From contig JAPLDX010000116.1 in assembly GCA_026391215.1 (NCBI GenBank), positions 1 through 14,370 on the forward strand: a stretch of 14,370 nt of DNA. The letters are read 5' to 3'. The first letter of the stretch is position 1, and the number at the start of each line of letters is the position of its first letter. Of this stretch, positions 7,544-14,370 are shown one piece after another. A program made the position numbers and the translations under genes. The notes beneath the pieces were generated by a model, which was given only the letters and a program-made list of their open reading frames with translations, had not been told where the DNA came from and did no database searches. The stretch comes from Bacteroidia bacterium. GTDB lineage: Bacteria > Bacteroidota > Bacteroidia > Bacteroidales > VadinHA17.

Positions 7544-7572
7544 AAGCAGTATACTAAATAAACCGGCGATTT

Positions 7573-10500
7573 TTACTCAATAACTAATTTCCTTGAGGCA
7601 AAATATTTATCTATCAGAAGGTTAATGATATATAGCCCCTCAGATTGCTCGCTCAAGTCAAGCTGGCTGGAGAAATGCTCAGTTGTTTTATCAAACTTAA
7701 TACTTAAAATGTCTTTTCCCTGTTCGGTAATGATGCTTATCAGGATCTCTCCAAAGACATCATTGTCAATCTCAATTGTAAAAATACCGGCGCCGGGATT
7801 TGGATATATTTTTAATCCTTCGAAGGGATCAGAATCTTTTACCAGATACTCAGCCGGAACAAAAAAATCAGTCATTCCCGATTTCGAAACCGGTATTGTT
7901 ATTTCATCGCTGAAGGTTTTACAGCCTATTTCATTCTTGATAGCAACTTTGTAAGTTCCAAGCGTCTTATTAGCCACATAAATGAATCTAACAGCACCTG
8001 GAATTACTTCATTATTTAGATACCATATATAACCGGAAGCAGTATCATTGCTGGCGGCCATGTACCACACGACAGGTCCCCTGACATAAAGCTCAGGTTT
8101 TTTTGGTGCATCTTCAAAGGAAACGTTAAAAACACCTGATAATGATTTGCATCCATTAAGGTCAGCTTCGAGGGAATAATCTCCCTGTAAAAGAAATCCT
8201 TCAAAATATAATGAAGTCGCATCGGAGAGAGGTACGCCGTTTCTGAACCATTGGTAGATATATCCGGTAACAGCCTGGTTAACACTTAGTTTCATCGGAG
8301 TTTCACCAAGACATTTCCCGGCTTCATAGTTATCGGAAGAAATAACAGGTTTATAGGGCATTGGTTTTACTTCCACTTTGACCGGTGATGAAGTAGCCTT
8401 GCAGTTCCCAATCTTATTGACCACTTCAGCTTTATAATTTCCTGATAGTTTAACTGTGTATTTGCTTGAATCAGCATCAGTAAGGTATATATCATCTAAA
8501 AGCCACCTGTACGAATAATCAGAATTATAGGAAACAGAAAGCATAGCGCTATCTCCTTTGCAGAACAAAAGAGGTGCATTTGATGTAATTTCTGCGACAG
8601 GATAATTCGAAACAGTAACTGTTTTGGAAATTGTACCGGTGCAGCTATTATCGGCAAATGCTTTTAATGTAATTACGTAATCACCAGGATTTATATAACC
8701 ATGATTGCCGGGCTCTTCTAAAGTTGAATTTGTGGAATTATCTCCAAAACTCCAAAGCCAGCTCTTAATTGTGGTTGTATTTGCATTGGTGGTATTGTCT
8801 AATAAAACAGGCACTCCCTGGCAAATGTTTGAAGCAGTAAAATCAGTTAATGGTGAAGGGAGAATATTGATTGATCTTAGCCTCGAAATCGTTTCATTAT
8901 TAGAATTTGTGATAGTTAATTCTACCTCGTGAGTTCCGGAAGTCAGGAAAGTATGAATCGGATTTTGCAGGGAAGAGGTTGTAACAGTTGAATTCTCAGT
9001 GAATTTCCATAAGTAAATTGTGATCGGGTACTGTATTGAATAAGATTTGTCCTGGAATTGTATTTCATTTTTCTGACAAGCTGAATTTGGCATAAAATCA
9101 GCTACAAATTTTAATAGTTCAGATTTTTCAGTCGACCAGTCGCTAGCAAGGAAACCATTGTCAATTGCCTGCACACTGTAATAAATATTTTCAGGTAAAG
9201 GTGAAGGAAGATTTATAGCCCATTGTGTATTTTGCCCAGCATTGCCCATCGCTTGGATAGTACGTTTCCCATCAGCCATAGACATAGGAACCATGATTTC
9301 ACAACCGCCAGGTGATGTACCTATCCGGAGATTATAAGTTAATCCATTTTGCGGAGTTTCTGTATCAGCGGCTTTTTCCCATGAAACATGCAATTTCCCA
9401 TTATCAACATATGCAATCAAACCAACAGGAGCTTGTGGTTTATTGTTTTTTATGAAATTATTATTACGATATATTTTGGAAATGGCTCCTGGAATTGAAT
9501 TTCCTGTCAATAAAATATCCAGATCACCGTCGCTGTCGTAATCGCACCAGCCTATGGAACTGTTTTCAACTCCAGCAAAAGCAATTCCGGTTTGTTCGGT
9601 AAAGCTATTGTCGCCGTTGTTGCAATAAATTTTGGAAATAGCCTCTGAACCAGTATAACCAGTCAACAAAATATCCAGATCGCCGTCATTGTCGTAATCG
9701 CCCCAGGCTACTGAACTCCAATTCACTCCTGCTAAAGCAATTCCTGTTTGCTCAGAAAAGCTATTATCACCATTGTTGCGGTATATTATTGATATACTCC
9801 CATCTATTGACACTCCTGTCAATAAAATATCCAGATCGCCGTCGTTGTCGTAATCTCCCCAGGCTACGGAACTTCTCTCAACCCCAGTTAATGAAATGTT
9901 TGTTTGCTCGGTAAAACTATTGTTACCGTTATTGGTGTAGATTTTTGAAATAATATTGCCTGAACTATTACCTGTCAATAAAATGTCCGGATCGCCGTCA
10001 TTGTCGTAATCGCCCCATGCAACAGAACCAAGATATACTCCAGTTAAAGCAATACCACTTTGCTCAGAAAAGCTATTATCACCATTGTTGCGGTATATTT
10101 TAGATATACTTTGCCCCATACTATTCAGGCCAGTCAATAGAATATCCAGATCACCATCGTTGTTGTAATCGCCCCAGGCCACGGAACTATAATATACTCC
10201 TGTTAAAGCAATGTCAGTTTGCCCGGAAAAGATATTGTCACCGTTGTTACGATAAATTTTGGAAATAGCTTCTGAACCAGAATAACCAGTCAATAAAATA
10301 TCCAGATCACCATCGTTGTCGTAATCACCCCAGGCTGAGGAACCATAAGATTCTCCTGTTATAGCAATACCGGTTTGTTCGGTAAAAGTATTATCGCCGT
10401 TGTTAAGATAGATTTTGGAAATACCATCACCAGTCAATAAAACATCCAGATCGCTATCGTTGTCGTAATCTCCCCAGCAGGCTGAGGAACCGTATCTCAC

Positions 10501-13500
10501 TCCGGTCAAAGCAATGCCTGTTTGTTCGGTAAACTGTTCCTGTGTATTACAGGTTTGAGGATTAGTCGTATTTGAACAGGTTAGATAGGTTTCCTGGCCG
10601 GGCTCTCCCGAATATTCTATTACCATTATTTTATATGTATTGCTCCCGCACAATCCGGTAACAATTACACTATCTTCAGTTCCATTATAAACGCAGTACC
10701 AGCCATCACCAGCCTGTGTGCCTTTTCCAAAAACAGCATTGGCAATATAGGTGGTGTCGTTTGTTAAGGTCGGGAGTCCGGTAGTAGTTTGATTTATAAA
10801 TACTGCGCATTTTTCTTTATTCCCCCTGATCCAGCTAATTTTCATACTGCTGGTTGTAACATCCGGGAATTTTAAATATGTTGCCTGTGCCTCCGTAATA
10901 GTAAAAGTATCGGTAGCAAATGCGGAACCGGTATAAGCATTGTCAATTGCCTGGACACCCCAATAATAGGTTCCATCCAGTAAGCTTGAGTTTAATGTAT
11001 ATGAGTTAGTTTCTGACCTGTTTCCAATTTGTACCACTTTACGAAATCCATTGGCTGTATTTGACATAGGCGAGACAATGTCACAAGCTCCGGGCGTGCT
11101 GCTGATCACCAAATTATAATTTAATCCGTCTTGTGGGGTTTGTAAATCCGTAGATTTATCCCAGCTAAATTGAATTTGCTGATAATTTACCACCGTATTT
11201 AAATTACCAGGAACAGAGGGCGCAGAGTTTTTTAAAGAGTTGTTGTTTCTATAGATTTTGGAAATTAAGCCTGAACTCGAATATCCGGTTAATAAAATAT
11301 CCAGATCACCATCGTTGTCGTAATCACCCCAGTCTACGGAACCATCAGATACACCATTTAAAGTAATCCCGCTTTGTTCAGCAAAATTATTGTCTCCGTT
11401 GTTCCGATAGATTTTGGAGATGTCTGAACCTGTCAATAGGATGTCCAGATCGCCGTCATTGTCATAATCGCCCCAGGCTACGGAACTATAATATACTCCT
11501 GGTAAGTCAATGCCGGTTTGCTCGGCAAAGCTGTTGTTACCGTCGTTACGATAAATTTTGGATATTGCGCCTGAAGTATACGCATCTGTAGTACCAGTCA
11601 ATAAAATATCCAGATCACCGTCGTTGTCATAATCGCCCCAGGCTACGGAACTATAAAAAACATCAGGTAGAGAAATATCAGTTTGTTCGGTAAAGTTTTT
11701 ATCACCATTATTACAATAGATTTTCGAAATAGCGTGACCAAGACTATTGTACCCAGTCAATAAAATATCAAGATCTCCATCGTTGTCGTAATCGCCCCAG
11801 TCAACCGAACCAGCATTTGCTCCAGTTAAAGTAATAACGTTTTGCTCGGTAAAGCTATTGTCGCCGTTGTTGTGATAGATTTTGGAAATTCGGTCTGAAC
11901 CTGTAAAACCCGTCATTAGAATATCCAAATAACCATCGTTGTTATAATCGCCCCAGGCCACGGAACCATCATACACACTAGTTAAAGTAATACCGCTTTG
12001 CTCGGTAAAGCTGTTGTCGCCGTTGTTGAGATAGATTTTGGAAATATAGCCTGAAGTTGTATTGCCTGTTAATAAAATATCCAGATCACCGTCGTTGTCG
12101 TAATCACCCCAGGCTGCAGAACTCTCATAAACACCGGGCAAAGAAATTCCAACCTGATCGATAAAACTATTATCTCCATTGTTACGGTAGATCTTGGAAA
12201 CAGGATTGTAATTTGAATAATCTCCGGAGGCACCTGTTAATAAAATATCCAGATCGCCATCGTTGTCATAATCGCCCCAGGCTGCGGAACTGTAACTTAC
12301 TCCTGTTAAAGCAATGTCTTTTTGCTCAGTAAATTGTTCCTCTGTTTTACAAGTTTGAGGATTGGTTGTATTTGAACAGGTCAGATAGGTTTCCTGGCCG
12401 GGCTCTCCCGAATATTCTATTACCATTATTTTATATGTATTGCTCCCACACAATCCGGAAACAATTACACTATCTTCAATTCCATTATAAACGCAGTACC
12501 AGCCATCACCGGCCTGTGTGCCTTTTCCAGAAACAGCATTGGCAATATAGGTGGTGTTGTTTGTTAAGGTCGGAAGGCCGGTAGTAGTTTGATTTATAAA
12601 TACAGCGCATTTTTCTTTATTCCCCCTGGTCCAGCTTATTTTCATACTGCCGGTCGTAATATCCGAGAATTTTAAGTATCCGGCCTGCGCATCCGTAATA
12701 GTAAAAGTACCGGTAGCAAATATGGAACCGGCATAAGCATTGTCAATTGCCTGAACACCCCAGTAATAAGTACCTGCTGGCAAACTTGAATTAAGAGTAT
12801 AAGTACTATTTTTTGACCTGTTTCCTGTCTGAACCACTTTACGAAATCCATTGGCTGTATTTGACATTGGCGAGACGATGTCACAAGCTCCGGGCGTGTT
12901 GCTGATCACCAAATTATAATTTAATCCATCTTGTGGGGTTTGTAAATCCGTAGATTTATCCCAGGTGAATTGAATTTGCTGATAATTTACAACCGCATTT
13001 AGATTACCGGGAACAGAGGGCGAAGAGTTTTGTAAAGAGTTGTTGTTTTTATAGATTTTAGAAATAGGGCCTATATCTGACTGACCTGTCAATAGCACAT
13101 CCAGATCGCCGTCGTTGTCATAATCGCCCCATGCTGCGGAACTGAAATCAACTCTTGCTAATGCAATGTCGGTTTGCTCAGTAAAAGAATTATCTCCATT
13201 GTTGCGGTAAATTTTTGAAATACCACCTGTTAATAAAACATCCAGATCACCATCATTGTCATAATCGCCCCAGGCTACGGAACTGTAATGAACTCCTGTT
13301 AATGTAATGCCGGTTTGTTCAGTAAAAGAATTATCTCCATTATTGCGGTAGATTTTGGAAATATGCCCTGATTCTGTATCACCTGTCAACAAAACATCGA
13401 GATCACCGTCATTGTCATAATCACCCCATGCTACTGAACTAAAAATTACTCCAGTCAGCGTAATCCCGGTTTGCTCAGTAAAGCTGTTGCCGTCATTATT

Positions 13501-14370
13501 GCTGTAAATTTTAGAAATGCGGAATCCGTCTGTTGTATAACCTGTCAATAAAATATCCGGATCGCCGTCATTGTCGTAATCACCCCAGGCAACTGAACTA
13601 TAACAGACGTCTTTTAATGAAATATCAGTTTGTTCGCTAAATGTATTATTGCCATTGTTCCGGTAAATTCTTGAAATACTACCTGAACTTGAAATTCCTG
13701 TCAATAAGATATCCAAGTAGCCATCATTGTCATAATCACCCCAGGCCGCGGAACTCCCATATACTCCGGTTAAAGCAATTCCGGTTTGTTCAGTAAAAGA
13801 ATTGTCTCCGTTATTGCAGTAGATTTTTGAAATTTGCCCTGAACCTGTATCACCTGTCAACAAAACATCGAGATCACCGTCATTGTCATAATCGCCCCAG
13901 GCTGCAGAACCCCAAGATAATCCTGTTAACAAAATGCTGGTTTGCTCAGTAAAAGAATTGTCTCCATTGTTATGGTAGATTTTAGAAGCTCCCAAACCTG
14001 TCAGCAAAATATCCAGATTACCGTCATTGTTATAATCGCCCCAGGCTACGGAACTACGATATACTCCTGCTAACGCAATGTCGGTTTGTTCGGTAAATTG
14101 TTCACCGCTATATGACAGAGTTACAACTTTAATATTATCTAAAATCCAAAACCATGAGTAATTACCAATCCATTTATAACGAATTTGCACATTGGTTCTA
14201 TTCTGTATATGCGTTGTAATATCAAAACTGGAATGGTGCGGATTGCCTGTAGTCGAGCTATTAGTGTAGATGCTGATCCACGAAGTGCCATTGAAAATTT
14301 CAACCGTACAGGAACCACCATAACCTTCAATAAAATACTGGTCAAATTCCAATGTAATGTTTGCAGTAGT
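7573..14370 (-). CDS. Giant T9SS-secreted FG-GAP/VCBS-repeat protein (putative Ca2+-binding adhesin or lectin) with FN3-like, PKD and Ig-like domains; 5' end outside the window
   Basis: The frame is open to the window edge (TTANITLEFDQY...), so the track start at 14352 is an internal TTG. It has 21 copies of a WGDYDNDGDLDILLTG...SKIYxNNGDNSFTEQ-type repeat, FN3-like YYWGVQAIDN segments, PKD-like segments (WKFTEN...NPIHTF; WSFGDN...HGYINPGDY) and the C-terminus KIYPNP...GLYII...RKLVIE of a type A T9SS sorting domain. Confidence 0.93.
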   Translation of the reverse strand, partial: TTANITLEFDQYFIEGYGGSCTVEIFNGTSWISIYTNSSTTGNPHHSSFDITTHIQNRTNVQIRYKWIGNYSWFWILDNIKVVTLSYSGEQFTEQTDIALAGVYRSSVAWGDYNNDGNLDILLTGLGASKIYHNNGDNSFTEQTSILLTGLSWGSAAWGDYDNDGDLDVLLTGDTGSGQISKIYCNNGDNSFTEQTGIALTGVYGSSAAWGDYDNDGYLDILLTGISSSGSISRIYRNNGNNTFSEQTDISLKDVCYSSVAWGDYDNDGDPDILLTGYTTDGFRISKIYSNNDGNSFTEQTGITLTGVIFSSVAWGDYDNDGDLDVLLTGDTESGHISKIYRNNGDNSFTEQTGITLTGVHYSSVAWGDYDNDGDLDVLLTGGISKIYRNNGDNSFTEQTDIALARVDFSSAAWGDYDNDGDLDVLLTGQSDIGPISKIYKNNNSLQNSSPSVPGNLNAVVNYQQIQFTWDKSTDLQTPQDGLNYNLVISNTPGACDIVSPMSNTANGFRKVVQTGNRSKNSTYTLNSSLPAGTYYWGVQAIDNAYAGSIFATGTFTITDAQAGYLKFSDITTGSMKISWTRGNKEKCAVFINQTTTGLPTLTNNTTYIANAVSGKGTQAGDGWYCVYNGIEDSVIVSGLCGSNTYKIMVIEYSGEPGQETYLTCSNTTNPQTCKTEEQFTEQKDIALTGVSYSSAAWGDYDNDGDLDILLTGASGDYSNYNPVSKIYRNNGDNSFIDQVGISLPGVYESSAAWGDYDNDGDLDILLTGNTTSGYISKIYLNNGDNSFTEQSGITLTSVYDGSVAWGDYNNDGYLDILMTGFTGSDRISKIYHNNGDNSFTEQNVITLTGANAGSVDWGDYDNDGDLDILLTGYNSLGHAISKIYCNNGDKNFTEQTDISLPDVFYSSVAWGDYDNDGDLDILLTGTTDAYTSGAISKIYRNDGNNSFAEQTGIDLPGVYYSSVAWGDYDNDGDLDILLTGSDISKIYRNNGDNNFAEQSGITLNGVSDGSVDWGDYDNDGDLDILLTGYSSSGLISKIYRNNNSLKNSAPSVPGNLNTVVNYQQIQFSWDKSTDLQTPQDGLNYNLVISSTPGACDIVSPMSNTANGFRKVVQIGNRSETNSYTLNSSLLDGTYYWGVQAIDNAYTGSAFATDTFTITEAQATYLKFPDVTTSSMKISWIRGNKEKCAVFINQTTTGLPTLTNDTTYIANAVFGKGTQAGDGWYCVYNGTEDSVIVTGLCGSNTYKIMVIEYSGEPGQETYLTCSNTTNPQTCNTQEQFTEQTGIALTGVRYGSSACWGDYDNDSDLDVLLTGDGISKIYLNNGDNTFTEQTGIAITGESYGSSAWGDYDNDGDLDILLTGYSGSEAISKIYRNNGDNIFSGQTDIALTGVYYSSVAWGDYNNDGDLDILLTGLNSMGQSISKIYRNNGDNSFSEQSGIALTGVYLGSVAWGDYDNDGDPDILLTGNSSGNIISKIYTNNGNNSFTEQTNISLTGVERSSVAWGDYDNDGDLDILLTGVSIDGSISIIYRNNGDNSFSEQTGIALAGVNWSSVAWGDYDNDGDLDILLTGYTGSEAISKIYCNNGDNSFTEQTGIAFAGVENSSIGWCDYDSDGDLDILLTGNSIPGAISKIYRNNNFIKNNKPQAPVGLIAYVDNGKLHVSWEKAADTETPQNGLTYNLRIGTSPGGCEIMVPMSMADGKRTIQAMGNAGQNTQWAINLPSPLPENIYYSVQAIDNGFLASDWSTEKSELLKFVADFMPNSACQKNEIQFQDKSYSIQYPITIYLWKFTENSTVTTSSLQNPIHTFLTSGTHEVELTITNSNNETISRLRSINILPSPLTDFTASNICQGVPVLLDNTTNANTTTIKSWLWSFGDNSTNSTLEEPGNHGYINPGDYVITLKAFADNSCTGTISKTVTVSNYPVAEITSNAPLLFCKGDSAMLSVSYNSDYSYRWLLDDIYLTDADSSKYTVKLSGNYKAEVVNKIGNCKATSSPVKVEVKPMPYKPVISSDNYEAGKCLGETPMKLSVNQAVTGYIYQWFRNGVPLSDATSLYFEGFLLQGDYSLEADLNGCKSLSGVFNVSFEDAPKKPELYVRGPVVWYMAASNDTASGYIWYLNNEVIPGAVRFIYVANKTLGTYKVAIKNEIGCKTFSDEITIPVSKSGMTDFFVPAEYLVKDSDPFEGLKIYPNPGAGIFTIEIDNDVFGEILISIITEQGKDILSIKFDKTTEHFSSQLDLSEQSEGLYIINLLIDKYFASRKLVIE
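9456..10540 (-). repeat. FG-GAP-like repeat block 3 (7 repeats, predicted 7-bladed beta-propeller)
   Basis: Seven W(G/C)DY(D/N)(N/S)D(G/S)DxD motifs spaced about 50 aa apart; boundaries approximate. Confidence 0.85.
10520..13065 (-). repeat. Direct repeat of about 740 bp (about 10520-11265 and 12320-13065), offset exactly 1800 bp
   Basis: Manual alignment of 10561-11220 with 12361-13020 is gap-free with about 62 mismatches in 660 bp (about 90-91% identity). Encodes the two inter-propeller FN3-like domains. Confidence 0.95.
11245..12340 (-). repeat. FG-GAP-like repeat block 2 (7 repeats, predicted 7-bladed beta-propeller)
   Basis: Seven WGDY(D/N)NDG(D/Y)LDIL motifs; boundaries approximate. 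Confidence 0.85.
13045..14103 (-). repeat. FG-GAP-like repeat block 1 (7 repeats, predicted 7-bladed beta-propeller)
   Basis: Seven WGDY(D/N)NDGxxD motifs; boundaries approximate. Confidence 0.85.

Noticed and set aside
10520-13065. Diversity-generating retroelement template/variable repeat pair
   Set aside because: Mismatches between the copies involve all four bases in both directions and many are synonymous, with no adenine-specific pattern. Both copies are in frame in one CDS and no reverse transcriptase is in the window.
9456-14103. CRISPR-like array suggested by regularly spaced DNA repeats
   Set aside because: The period is about 140-175 bp, the repeats are degenerate at third codon positions and lie in an open frame. 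They are protein repeats and no cas genes are present.
870-14345. Other short track ORFs (65-120 aa) on the + strand or in alternative minus frames
   Set aside because: Each overlaps a confident CDS wholly or almost wholly and shows no recognisable protein features.
14350-14352. Track start codon of the giant protein
   Set aside because: It is an internal TTG (Leu). The frame stays open to the window edge and no signal peptide follows, which a T9SS substrate needs.

Overview
A Bacteroidota-like (probably Bacteroidales) chromosomal segment with seven genes, all on the minus strand. In transcription order (right to left): (1) a 5'-truncated giant T9SS-secreted protein (>2259 aa) with 21 FG-GAP/VCBS-type DxDxDG repeats in three 7-repeat blocks, FN3-like, PKD and Ig-like domains and a type A C-terminal sorting domain; (2) a signal-peptide-bearing GH9 glycoside hydrolase; (3) a saccharopine dehydrogenase/lysine-ketoglutarate reductase-like oxidoreductase; (4) a GT4 glycosyltransferase; (5-7) the GDP-D-glycero-alpha-D-manno-heptose genes hddA, gmhA and hddC (hddC is 3'-truncated). 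The structure least explained by these genes is non-coding: three consecutive intergenic spacers each carry a 7-bp-period tandem array with a different unit, each begins at the upstream stop codon, and two are head-to-head inverted pairs. The giant protein has a ~90%-identical internal duplication offset by exactly 1800 bp, tracts shared between blades, and hypervariable loops on a conserved scaffold. No RNA genes, transposases, reverse transcriptase or CRISPR array were seen. All protein calls rest on motif recognition by eye, not database searches.
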